Source of the DNA: a virus
DNA: 51,875 bases
Virus record (IMG/VR): IMGVR_UViG_3300038420_000034
Strand: one strand, 5' to 3'
The position numbers were made by a program, and so were the translations under genes. Numbering within the stretch: position 1 is the first letter of the stretch; every line of letters begins with the position of its first letter. The notes beneath the pieces are model-generated. The model saw only the letters and a program-made list of their open reading frames with translations. It had not been told where the DNA came from and made no database searches. Below are positions 36,020-44,323 of this stretch, piece after piece.

Positions 36020-37056
36020 GCCACATCATCTCCGAGCATTGGGACCGTGAACTTGCCAGCCATGCTAAGTGGCCCCACGGTGACCATCGCATGAACCACA
36101 TCGTGGTCTATGGTGGGCAGTATGGAAGTGAAGGCAAGGCCTCAGCCGCCGAGTATTGGGCCAAGCGGCTGAAGGCTGAAAACCCACGCAAGGTGCTCTT
36201 TGTCATGGGTGAGAATGGGCCAAACTCCGGACACACCAGCTCTAAGGGGGTCACCAAGAACATCCCAGCCTCCAGCTTCTGGGCCGACTACGTCCTCATG
36301 GGCCCAGACACGGTCGTCGACCCAGAGGCCCTGAACAAGGACTGGAAGGCCGTCAACCGGCCCATCTTCATCCACGAGCACGCGGCCCTGCTCAGCCTGG
36401 CCATGAAGGCAGAGGAGGCCGACCTCGTCAAGCGCATCTCCTCCACCGGGTCAGGGACCGGCGCCGCCCGCGCGTGGAAGTTCTTCCAGCGCCAGCGAAG
36501 CGCCGTCGTGCAGGACGGGCACCTCTACACCCTCAATGACATCAGCGTCGTTGACGACAAGGAATACTTTGACATCGTTCGCCTGGCCGCCTCTGAGATG
36601 GCCATCTTCGAGTGCTCACAGGGGCTGTTGCTTGACACAAACTTTGGGCTGTTCCCATTCGTCACGTCACGCTCCACGCTGCCAAGGGTGGCGGTTGAGC
36701 GCAACGGCCTTGGTGGGCTTCCCTGGAGCTACGTAGGCGTCTACCGCACGTATCCCATAAGGACGGGCGGCCCATCTGGCCCGACCGCCGGTGGCGAGGT
36801 GACCTGGCAAAGCCTTGGGCAGCCCCCGGAGATCACCACGGTCACCAAGCGAGTCAGGCGGGTCTTCAACTTCTCAACGGCCGAGTTTGCAAAAAGCATG
36901 ACGCTGGCCAGGCCTGACGGGCTCATGTTCACCTTCCTCGACTACATCGGCCTGGACCCGAACAACGTGCGGGATCTCTACGAGTTCATCGAGTGGACCA
37001 GGTATCAAAACATCGCCATCTTGGTCTTGTCCGCGTTGTTGGTGACCTCAACATAG
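36016..37056 (+). CDS. adenylosuccinate synthetase family enzyme, short form (346 aa); PurZ candidate
   Basis: Collinear PurA motifs: P-loop GGQYGSEGKAS (PurA GTQWGDEGKGK). GPNSGHT (GHNAGHT). STGSGTGAA (TTGRGIGPA). FECSQGLLLDTNFGLFPFVTSRST ([24 protein letters not shown]). TTVTKRVRR (GATTGRRRR). Lacks the bacterial C-terminal extension. Confidence 0.75.
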   Translation: MSHIISEHWDRELASHAKWPHGDHRMNHIVVYGGQYGSEGKASAAEYWAKRLKAENPRKVLFVMGENGPNSGHTSSKGVTKNIPASSFWADYVLMGPDTVVDPEALNKDWKAVNRPIFIHEHAALLSLAMKAEEADLVKRISSTGSGTGAARAWKFFQRQRSAVVQDGHLYTLNDISVVDDKEYFDIVRLAASEMAIFECSQGLLLDTNFGLFPFVTSRSTLPRVAVERNGLGGLPWSYVGVYRTYPIRTGGPSGPTAGGEVTWQSLGQPPEITTVTKRVRRVFNFSTAEFAKSMTLARPDGLMFTFLDYIGLDPNNVRDLYEFIEWTRYQNIAILVLSALLVTST

Positions 37057-37151
37057 CACGCGACAATGCTGTCCTCCTTGTGGTCTGTCAGATATTCCCA
37101 GATGCAGAAGGTCGAGTCAAGCCCACCGGACCATAGGACCCCGACCTTCAT
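37002..37151 (-). pseudogene. N-terminal remnant of a PP-loop ATPase (QueC/ExsB-like), 49 codons
   Basis: MKVGVLWSGGLDSTFCIWEYLTDHKEDSIVACYVEV... = SGGxDS PP-loop at the position seen in QueC. Frame terminates after 49 codons inside the antisense of the PurA-like gene. Confidence 0.35.
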
Positions 37152-37300
37152 ACCTTTCGCTGGTCGTAGGCGACGATCTCATCAAAAGGAAACGGAGCCT
37201 CGATAAGATGCTTGGTGCCATACCGTCTAACCCACGCCTCAAGCGTCATGGGCTTCTGGTTACTTCGCCTTATCTTCTTCCGTGTGACACTGGCTTTCAT
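37148..37300 (-). CDS. possible small basic protein (50 aa), not in ORF track
   Basis: MKASVTRKKIRRSNQKPMTLEAWVRRYGTKHLIEAPFPFDEIVAYDQRKV. ATGA junctions on both sides. Confidence 0.3.
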   Translation of the reverse strand: MKASVTRKKIRRSNQKPMTLEAWVRRYGTKHLIEAPFPFDEIVAYDQRKV

Positions 37301-37566
37301 AGGCCAAGGAAAAAACCATCTGGGTGAAGAACCTCCAACGACTCCTGGCTGGTGTTGTGGATCATCTGGATCTCAGCCCAAGCTGAGTCGCCGGCTACCT
37401 CAAACTTGGTCACCACCCCAATGACATTCAACAACGTCACCGGGCTCTGAGACCCTACCAGCAGTGTTCGATTAACAACTCTAGGCTGGGCCCTGTCCAC
37501 CATGCCTTGGATCGCCGAAAGTGGCATCCGGTCAGATGCCTTAAAAAGTCTTGCTCGGATAGTCAC
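37297..37566 (-). CDS. hypothetical protein (89 aa)
   Basis: ORF in coupled chain. Confidence 0.45.
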   Translation of the reverse strand: MTIRARLFKASDRMPLSAIQGMVDRAQPRVVNRTLLVGSQSPVTLLNVIGVVTKFEVAGDSAWAEIQMIHNTSQESLEVLHPDGFFLGL

Positions 37567-37569
37567 AGG

Positions 37570-37821
37570 TCACATCCTTAACTCATCTGGAAATGACCTC
37601 TTGCGCACCACCTCCACCAGGTGCCAACACATCATCACCTGGTCAACACTAAGCGAGTCCACTGAGTCAGGCCAAAGGTGAAGCTCACTCATCGTGTAGA
37701 CAGCATCACGCAAGCTATGCCGAACCGACACTGGTTCGGCAGACGGCCTGCCAAGCCACCTCTCTACCTCGGCCCGGTGCTCATCCCGACTCATCTCTTG
37801 CTTTTTGCCGTTGTTGCTCAT
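37570..37821 (-). CDS. hypothetical protein (83 aa)
   Basis: ORF in coupled chain. Confidence 0.45.
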   Translation of the reverse strand: MSNNGKKQEMSRDEHRAEVERWLGRPSAEPVSVRHSLRDAVYTMSELHLWPDSVDSLSVDQVMMCWHLVEVVRKRSFPDELRM

Positions 37822-38119
37822 TAAGCTTATCTGCCATCGCTGGGTCGCAGCCTTCGCTCAGATACACAAACGGTGGGACCCTGACATTGCGGTCTGGCAA
37901 CAGGCTCTTCACCGTGCCCATGACAGCCTCTGGAGGCTCGCGGCGCCGCTCTAGCTCAAGGTCCACGATACAGTTTCTGAGTTGACTCAAGCAGCCTACC
38001 ATCTGCTGGTAGGGTGTGCCCACACGCTTGGCCTCTGCAATCTGCTGCTCATACTGGACAACCTGGGCCTTCCACGACCTGATCAGCTGCCCTGGTCTTG
38101 GTCTGGTCCACTCTGGCAT
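37781..38119 (-). CDS. hypothetical protein (112 aa)
   Basis: ORF. Helical basic protein. Confidence 0.45.
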   Translation of the reverse strand: MPEWTRPRPGQLIRSWKAQVVQYEQQIAEAKRVGTPYQQMVGCLSQLRNCIVDLELERRREPPEAVMGTVKSLLPDRNVRVPPFVYLSEGCDPAMADKLNEQQRQKARDESG

Positions 38120-38514
38120 AGTATCTCTTTGATGGCGTCTGAAAGCAACATCCCAGTGTCAAAAGACTGACTGCCACGGTGCCCAACCAAGGCAACCCGC
38201 GCATAGTGTGGGTCGCCCGCAAATCCCTGTCGGTCCCATGGCATCCCAGCAAAGAACGTAACCCGCCCTTGGGTGCATGGGCAGACAGAGACACTCGGGC
38301 TTACCCCTGCGCCACAGACTGGGCAGACCCAGCCACTAGGTCGTGTCCGACACTCAAGTGCAAAGCAGGCCTGACATAGCCACGGCCCACCATTGACCTG
38401 ATATGAAAGCCCTTTGGTTGGGCCGCCACATCGTTCACAGTGGCGCTCAGCTGCCGTGCCTATAGGTTGACTCATACCTGCTCCATCGCATATCGCTTCA
38501 TCTCTTCCTTCCAC
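38083..38514 (-). CDS. hypothetical Cys-rich protein (143 aa)
   Basis: CERCGG...CQAC...CPVCG...C.C zinc-ribbon pairs. Confidence 0.45.
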   Translation of the reverse strand: MEGRDEAICDGAGMSQPIGTAAERHCERCGGPTKGLSYQVNGGPWLCQACFALECRTRPSGWVCPVCGAGVSPSVSVCPCTQGRVTFFAGMPWDRQGFAGDPHYARVALVGHRGSQSFDTGMLLSDAIKEILCQSGPDQDQGS

Positions 38515-39089
38515 TGCGGAAACTTGCCAAACCCATTGGCCCAGAAGTGGTGGGCCAATGAACCCCGGCTAACCCTTGACTCAGGGCAAGACACGACGTC
38601 CTCCGGGATGACGCTGACAAGCCGACGCACCCATGGGAGGAACTCATGCATCAGGACAAGCGAGGCCTGGTCGTGAGAGTGGGTCTTGTATTGTGAGGCC
38701 TCGCCCATGCTGGCCCAGGTCTTCAACAGCTCATAGGCCTGCCAAGTCACCACCATGAACCCAGTTGAGATGCCACTTGGGTCGGATGAGATACACAGTG
38801 GGCCCTTCATCCAGTCGGGCATGTTGACGCCCTTGTTGAAGACCACGTCCACGTCAGCATAGACGATGCGATGGACAACCTTCTCATCGAACAACTCAAT
38901 CATCCGATCCACCTTGGCCATGTAAGGCCCAGGCTTGTCATCGACAGTCAGAAAGTCAAAATACCCCATCCCATTGCGCTTCGCAAACTGCTGGGCCGAC
39001 CCGTTGGTGATCTCAGCTATCTCACCATAGACTGGACTATGGCACCTGACAAGGATGCTGTCCATGTTATTGTAGGCGCAGACACTCAC
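38472..39089 (-). CDS. putative nucleotide-sugar transferase-like protein (205 aa)
   Basis: YADVDVVF acidic DxD-like motif after a beta-alpha-beta-like N-terminus. Assignment tentative. Confidence 0.45.
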   Translation of the reverse strand: MSVCAYNNMDSILVRCHSPVYGEIAEITNGSAQQFAKRNGMGYFDFLTVDDKPGPYMAKVDRMIELFDEKVVHRIVYADVDVVFNKGVNMPDWMKGPLCISSDPSGISTGFMVVTWQAYELLKTWASMGEASQYKTHSHDQASLVLMHEFLPWVRRLVSVIPEDVVSCPESRVSRGSLAHHFWANGFGKFPQWKEEMKRYAMEQV

Positions 39090-39144
39090 TTTGGTGACTC
39101 ACCCGCGGTGTCCGACTCACCTGTGGGCTTGCCATCCTTATACT

Positions 39145-40419
39145 TCACCTGATATGGGGCATAGACAAAACCCACCTCATTGCAGACGACTGGTCATCTT
39201 CAGCAGTCCACGTGGCCTTTAGCTTCTTGGTCTTGGCCACCAACGGGGCCGACACCAGGATCAGCCCGGTCGGCCGCTTCGACTCGCCTATGCATTCCCA
39301 CTCCTTCTCACCCTCGGACGTCCACGGCTCAGTCTTGGCGTCAACCAGCGCCTTGTAGACGCGATTGCCCTTGGTCACCGTCGAGCCTGCCTTGTAAAAC
39401 CCAGGCTCCCACTCCTCATGGTCTGTCTGGCGATACTTGTGCTCAACCGTGCAGCGGCCATACTCCGGGGTCAGCCAGATGGCGTCCCCAACCATGGGTG
39501 AGATCTGGCTGTAGAAACAGCCTGTGAACAGGGTGAACATCCGGCCAGTGTCGTGGTTCTTGTAGTCGAGCCGGCTGATGTGGGATGGCAGGCCTTCAAG
39601 CTGGATCTTCTGCTTGGAGTTGTAGAGAAACTCCAGGACCCACCCCGTCATCTCGAACTGGTGCCCACTGCCACAGTGGTGGAGCCTCACCATCTGGCTG
39701 AACAGCTCCTTCGCGTCGGCCTTCCCATCAAATGCCGCGTCAATGATCTTGTCCACGCGAGCCCTGCATTTTGTCAGCCAGGCAACTATCCTCGGGTTGA
39801 GCTTCTCAAACACGCCGGCGACGTCCTTGATGCTCTGCCTGAGCAAGACCCAGTCCTCGTAGATCCCGTCGACCCGGATGTTTGGGATGCCACAGAGGAG
39901 CGTGCCATAGCGATAGTATGGCGAGACCACGTCACAGAAGGCGATGTTCAGGGCCAGCTGTGAGTCGTGGGTCGCCGTCGTGAAGTCAGGCAGGAACATC
40001 TCCACGACCAGTGGGTTGGGCACGGCCTTCCGCAAGGCCGAGATGAGCTTGTAGGGGTCGATGGCCTCAACATCAGCCGTGCCCACGATGATCTCAGCCT
40101 GAGCATCTGGAGTCTTGGTGAACAGGCCAGCATAGCACTTTGGGTCACCACGGACCACCCTGGCAATCTCGCAGACGATGACATACCACAGGTCGTCTGG
40201 CCGCAGCACGGCCGAGTAGTGGTTCTCCCACGCCATGGCCAGGTAGCTCAAGAAGCCCTCATGGCAGATGGTGGTGTCCATCGGTGGCTTCCTGAAGACG
40301 ACGGCGTCAGTGCTGCCAAACAGCCTCTTCAGGGCCCTCCACCGGGCGCTGATCTCCGTTGTCTCCAGCGGCCTTACCTCCCTCTCACACAGTTGGATTG
40401 TCTTCATGTTATGCGTCAA
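39145..40419 (-). CDS. hypothetical protein (424 aa)
   Basis: Long clean ORF in the GT/kinase-like neighbourhood. No motif assigned. Confidence 0.6.
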   Translation of the reverse strand: MTHNMKTIQLCEREVRPLETTEISARWRALKRLFGSTDAVVFRKPPMDTTICHEGFLSYLAMAWENHYSAVLRPDDLWYVIVCEIARVVRGDPKCYAGLFTKTPDAQAEIIVGTADVEAIDPYKLISALRKAVPNPLVVEMFLPDFTTATHDSQLALNIAFCDVVSPYYRYGTLLCGIPNIRVDGIYEDWVLLRQSIKDVAGVFEKLNPRIVAWLTKCRARVDKIIDAAFDGKADAKELFSQMVRLHHCGSGHQFEMTGWVLEFLYNSKQKIQLEGLPSHISRLDYKNHDTGRMFTLFTGCFYSQISPMVGDAIWLTPEYGRCTVEHKYRQTDHEEWEPGFYKAGSTVTKGNRVYKALVDAKTEPWTSEGEKEWECIGESKRPTGLILVSAPLVAKTKKLKATWTAEDDQSSAMRWVLSMPHIR

Positions 40420-40981
40420 CTAGAGACGGCAGGCAAGGTGGCCCTCCGGCTGTCAATGTGTCGTTCAGTGGCCCCACCACGGTAAACTTCACCCAACTCG
40501 TGCTGTCGCCAGAGCTTGGGCAAAGTTGGATGCAGTCCCACCACCGGTGGTCGTCCTGCCGGCCACAGGCAACTACCTGCCACACCCTCGAGTTGTGGGT
40601 GAACTTGTCCGACACCACATAGAACCCTATGCCGGGCATGGCCAAGACGACACGGTAACCCAGCCTCAGCGCGGTGTGAAGCTCATCAACCAACCCACCG
40701 AAGTTGGTGACAGCTGGTCCCTTGGCAGGAGGCCAGCCGGCCTTGTAGACGTCCAAGATGACCCGGTCTCGCTCAAAGGCCTGGACATCAAGGATGCACG
40801 TGGCCGGTTCATAGAGTGATGGCTGCGCAAGCCGGCGAGCCAGGCTGCTCTTGCCAACCTTTCGCCCGCCGACCAAGATGGTCAGCTGTGGCGTGGATGG
40901 TCTGCTGGCGATGGCCTCAACTATGGTGGGCAAGGCCAGCGGCACCACGGCCATTGCCCTTAACATATCTCTTCGATTCAT
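40409..40981 (-). CDS. Walker-A (P-loop) protein, possible small kinase (190 aa)
   Basis: ILVGGRKVGKSSLARRL = GxxxxGK[ST]. The annotated N-terminus (MNRRDMLRAMAVVPLALP) looks like a twin-arginine leader. That is odd for a P-loop enzyme, so the true start may be M10. Confidence 0.5.
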   Translation of the reverse strand: MNRRDMLRAMAVVPLALPTIVEAIASRPSTPQLTILVGGRKVGKSSLARRLAQPSLYEPATCILDVQAFERDRVILDVYKAGWPPAKGPAVTNFGGLVDELHTALRLGYRVVLAMPGIGFYVVSDKFTHNSRVWQVVACGRQDDHRWWDCIQLCPSSGDSTSWVKFTVVGPLNDTLTAGGPPCLPSLVDA

Positions 40982-41624
40982 ACTCTTTCCTCATGGCTAC
41001 AACTGCGTTTAGACACTCTTGCGTCTTGACACCGTGGACATAGGTCCCGCCACCTCTGATGGCCTTTCTCACCATGTCATAGTGCCCAGAGGTGATGACC
41101 GCACCTGGGATGTAGACGGCCCTGTCATGGTTGAGCATCGGCACCCCGGCGATCATCGCCAAGGCGGCAAGGTATCGGTCATCACACCCATGCTCATAGA
41201 CCTCATGGTGGACGTTGGCCACCTGTCTCAGCCTCCTCAGTGACTCACGGTCTATGGTCCATGGTGGGCCGAGGTAGTGTGACGCCATGAACCGAGCTCC
41301 CTCAAAGTTTGGGCGGTCAATGCCATAAAAACCAGGCCTGACGTAAAGCTGAGGGTCAAGGCAAAGTGAGTCATACTCAAAGATCACCCAGATGTCATGC
41401 GGCTCAGTCCACAGGAAGTTCAGCAGGTTTACCCAACGGGCAATGGCAGCTGGACCAGTGTGGTCAGCCATGCCATAGCAAAACACACGGTGCTTGGTGC
41501 TTACCCTCGAGTTTTTAGGACAGGCAACCAAGATCGGCAACCCATGCATCTCCCAAAATGGAGCCAGCATGTCAAACACCTGCTGGCCACCACCCCAGGC
41601 GGTAATCACGACCCCAACGTTCAC
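40917..41624 (-). CDS. hypothetical protein (235 aa), possible glycosyltransferase-like
   Basis: VGVVITAWGG...FEYDSL pattern. Weak. Confidence 0.5.
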   Translation of the reverse strand: MNVGVVITAWGGGQQVFDMLAPFWEMHGLPILVACPKNSRVSTKHRVFCYGMADHTGPAAIARWVNLLNFLWTEPHDIWVIFEYDSLCLDPQLYVRPGFYGIDRPNFEGARFMASHYLGPPWTIDRESLRRLRQVANVHHEVYEHGCDDRYLAALAMIAGVPMLNHDRAVYIPGAVITSGHYDMVRKAIRGGGTYVHGVKTQECLNAVVAMRKEYESKRYVKGNGRGAAGLAHHS

Positions 41625-41881
41625 ACCGTAGCAGGTGTAGCAGCAACAGGTGTGGTGGCGGCCGCCGGCTTGCTGATGAAGACATTTACGCCAACCATGA
41701 CCTCCTGGCCATCGTGCTTCTCAGGCACAACACGGTTTCCACCAGTTCCGGCCAGGCTGAGCCCGCCACCCTTGGTGGCCTTTGGTGGGTCATTGAGCGG
41801 CAGGACAATGGTGACGGTCTTGGCGGCCTTGTCAATGGTGACAGACGCACCTGGCTGTAGTGGCAATATCGGGAATCCCAT
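41621..41881 (-). CDS. hypothetical protein (86 aa)
   Basis: ATGA junction with the 40917 gene. Confidence 0.4.
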   Translation of the reverse strand: MGFPILPLQPGASVTIDKAAKTVTIVLPLNDPPKATKGGGLSLAGTGGNRVVPEKHDGQEVMVGVNVFISKPAAATTPVAATPATV

Positions 41882-41889
41882 AGTGTTTT

Positions 41890-42123
41890 TTATGTTGTCT
41901 CAAATTTCGGCGGCCCAGAGCAGTTATCACCCTTCGACGTCATCAGCCCTTCTTTTCTACGCCTTCTGACGCCGGCCTCGAGGTGACTTCCCTTGAGGCA
42001 GACCAGCCCATCGTTACCCAACGCAAGGAAAGAACACCCTTTGCTGCCGGGGTGGGCCAACCCCTTCTTGCAGACCTCGTCAACCTGCTTTTTCGGCAAC
42101 TTAGTCGGTTCTGACATTATCAA
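41890..42123 (-). CDS. hypothetical Cys-containing small protein (77 aa)
   Basis: ORF fitting an intergenic gap. Confidence 0.35.
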   Translation of the reverse strand: MIMSEPTKLPKKQVDEVCKKGLAHPGSKGCSFLALGNDGLVCLKGSHLEAGVRRRRKEGLMTSKGDNCSGPPKFETT

Positions 42124-42341
42124 TTGCTTTTACGCACACGAGCAATGTAATCACGCACCTGTGGATCTACCTTAGCCTGCATTGAAGCTATCATGTTGGC
42201 AGCTGTTTCTTGGTCAAACGTGATAAGCCAATGAAGCTCATCATCAATAGTGCCATGCCTGACCATCAGGATAAACTCATGATCAATCGGCACTACTTCA
42301 CGAACCTTCGCTGCAACAACCTTAAACTGCTCTGCGTTCAT
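42120..42341 (-). CDS. hypothetical small protein (73 aa from MNAEQFKVV)
   Basis: Track ORF trimmed to ATG 42341 to limit overlap with the GT2 gene. Confidence 0.35.
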   Translation of the reverse strand: MNAEQFKVVAAKVREVVPIDHEFILMVRHGTIDDELHWLITFDQETAANMIASMQAKVDPQVRDYIARVRKSN

Positions 42342-43038
42342 TTCTAGAGATGTAAGCCAAGACGGCCCTCGCCGCCGGCTGTGCATAACCACACACGACA
42401 TCAGAGTAGGCCTTCTTGTCACGCTCCCACCACGAGGCCATGGCCTCATCATAGGTCTGGTCAGTCTTGCACTTGGCCATGGTTGGGTGGTTGTGCTCCG
42501 TAAACAGCTCCTCAAGGTAGACAGCGGAGTTCAGGTGCTGGCTCACGTCGGCCAGCCAGTTGTCAGCGTAGTAGTGCTTGAGGGCCGGGTGAATGAGGTA
42601 GCCCAAGGCCCGTGGGATAACCGCGTCAACAAAAGGGTGGGTTGGCAAGTTCCTGTTGTGGATCCCATCCCGGCCATAGGCCACGGCCCCCGGCACCTTC
42701 ACACCCAGGACAAGCTGGTCCCACTCTGGGGTCTTGAAGACGACGTCATCAGCGCCCCACGCAACCCAGTCATAGTCATTGACGTGGGCCATCACCCCGA
42801 TGTTGACCCACTCGACAAATGACCTGCGTGGGCCAACCACGGTCATGACATGAAAGTAAGGCTGGAGCACCACTGGGATTGGATATGGGTCCATTCGCGT
42901 CACGTCATCATCGTCATAGCAGATCAAGATGTCGGCCTTTCCACTACTGTTGTTGAAGATGGAGGCCACAGCCTCGACCAACCTTCCTGGCCGGCCTCTC
43001 GTTGGCATGACAATTAGGATTCGATTGCTCATGGTCAT
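42322..43038 (-). CDS. GT-A fold (family-2-like) glycosyltransferase
   Basis: ILIVMPTRGRPGRL...ILICYDDDD...WGADDVVF pattern typical of GT2 Rossmann-like N-terminal domain with DxD. Confidence 0.65.
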   Translation of the reverse strand: MTMSNRILIVMPTRGRPGRLVEAVASIFNNSSGKADILICYDDDDVTRMDPYPIPVVLQPYFHVMTVVGPRRSFVEWVNIGVMAHVNDYDWVAWGADDVVFKTPEWDQLVLGVKVPGAVAYGRDGIHNRNLPTHPFVDAVIPRALGYLIHPALKHYYADNWLADVSQHLNSAVYLEELFTEHNHPTMAKCKTDQTYDEAMASWWERDKKAYSDVVCGYAQPAARAVLAYISRNERRAV

Positions 43039-43283
43039 ACTCGCACCATAGCCTGGGCCTTGGCGTAGATTTTTACAAACTTCTCAACAACATGTGACCG
43101 AATCACATGGTAGCACTGCTCACACAAAAATAAGTTATGAGCACCATCAAGGTTGACAACCGTGCCCTCGGTAAGCCGCCAAGCCTCCAGAATATCGTGG
43201 CCATCACCTGTAAGGGTCAGGTGTGGACAGAGGATCGCACACTTACGCAAATCTATAGGATTTTGTCCTGGCTCTTTATTCAT
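43035..43283 (-). CDS. hypothetical protein (82 aa)
   Basis: ATGA junction. C/H-containing. Confidence 0.45.
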   Translation of the reverse strand: MNKEPGQNPIDLRKCAILCPHLTLTGDGHDILEAWRLTEGTVVNLDGAHNLFLCEQCYHVIRSHVVEKFVKIYAKAQAMVRV

Positions 43284-43495
43284 GACCTCAACAACAGTTC
43301 AACTTGCTCAGCATACTTGGCCTCCTGGCCCGCCGCTCGGATGGTTGCATGCCGATTATACGGGTTTGACGCAAAGTTACGGTCCATCTGAAGCTGGCGC
43401 AGCCACTCTTCATGCTTTGCCTTCCACTGGGCATGCTTTACTTGAACTCGCCTAAGCCGCCAGTTTCGGTAGGTGGTGCGGAGTTCCTTTATCAC
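43280..43495 (-). CDS. hypothetical basic protein (71 aa)
   Basis: ORF in coupled chain. Confidence 0.4.
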   Translation of the reverse strand: MIKELRTTYRNWRLRRVQVKHAQWKAKHEEWLRQLQMDRNFASNPYNRHATIRAAGQEAKYAEQVELLLRS

Positions 43496-43791
43496 AGGCC
43501 ACTTCTCGAGATAAACTGACCGACATATCCAGCTGGTGGCGCCTTGTCCTGCGTAGCCATCACCTGGCTAACCGTGTCACGGACCATGGAGTCACACTGC
43601 ATCCCATACTCAACGGCATCAGCCAGGTCTAGGAGGTCACGTGGGTAAACCTTAAGCCTGTCAGCTTCAACAGAGCTGTGGCCTTTCATCACCGAGCCAC
43701 GGCCAGACTCAAGGTTCAAGGCTGGCTCACTGGCACTGGTGGCCATGGCAAGCTGCCTTAGCCGTTCGACTATGACCTTGACGTTGTTCAT
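43492..43791 (-). CDS. hypothetical protein (99 aa from MNNVKVIVERL)
   Basis: Trimmed to ATG 43791 (ATGA with upstream stop at 43788). Confidence 0.45.
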   Translation of the reverse strand: MNNVKVIVERLRQLAMATSASEPALNLESGRGSVMKGHSSVEADRLKVYPRDLLDLADAVEYGMQCDSMVRDTVSQVMATQDKAPPAGYVGQFISRSGL

Positions 43792-44111
43792 CTTGGAAAA
43801 TAGTGCACCTTTCCACCTGTCAAGATAAAACCTTTCACCCAAACTTTCCATGAATACTGGCCATCTGGCAAGACCACGGCCGGGCCAAACTTGGCCCACT
43901 CAACGTGGGTCAGCTTCAGCCGCCCATTGATGTAGTCTATCACCTCTCGCTTAAGACTGTCAGAGGCGACTGGGTAATCGTCAACCCTCTCTGTTGGTGG
44001 TGTCAACTGCAGACACTTGGTGACCCACCTTCTTCCAAGACGGCTATCTTTAGCTTGGATTAAAGTCCAATGCTGGGCTATCTCCTCTGAAGTTAGGACA
44101 TCCACACTCAT
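43788..44111 (-). CDS. hypothetical protein (107 aa from MSVDVLTSEE)
   Basis: Trimmed to ATG 44111 (ATGA with upstream stop 44108). Confidence 0.45.
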   Translation of the reverse strand: MSVDVLTSEEIAQHWTLIQAKDSRLGRRWVTKCLQLTPPTERVDDYPVASDSLKREVIDYINGRLKLTHVEWAKFGPAVVLPDGQYSWKVWVKGFILTGGKVHYFPR

Positions 44112-44323
44112 GCGTCCTCGTAAGCACACTCGTTGGAACAGTAGACGGCAACCTGAGATGGCGGTATTGGCCTGCCACAATCTGGGTTCTCACACACCCG
44201 CCCTCTTGGGTGACTAGCTGGCAGCCAGCCCTTCTGGTTGCAGGTCTCGCAGCCATGCCCGCCACAGTCGTTGCACTGGACTGCGTCAGGTGGGTAGTGC
44301 TTGTCTCTTGGGATGTCCATCAT
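44108..44323 (-). CDS. zinc-finger small protein (71 aa from MMDIPRDKHY)
   Basis: CNDCGGHGCETC...CENPDCG...CSNEC. Trimmed to ATG 44323 (ATGA). Confidence 0.45.
   Translation of the reverse strand: MMDIPRDKHYPPDAVQCNDCGGHGCETCNQKGWLPASHPRGRVCENPDCGRPIPPSQVAVYCSNECAYEDA

Noticed and set aside
40409-40981. Twin-arginine-like leader (MNRRDMLRAMAVVPLALP) on the Walker-A protein
   Set aside because: Export of a P-loop NTPase is implausible. More likely the start is mis-assigned (true start at Met10) or the resemblance is coincidental.
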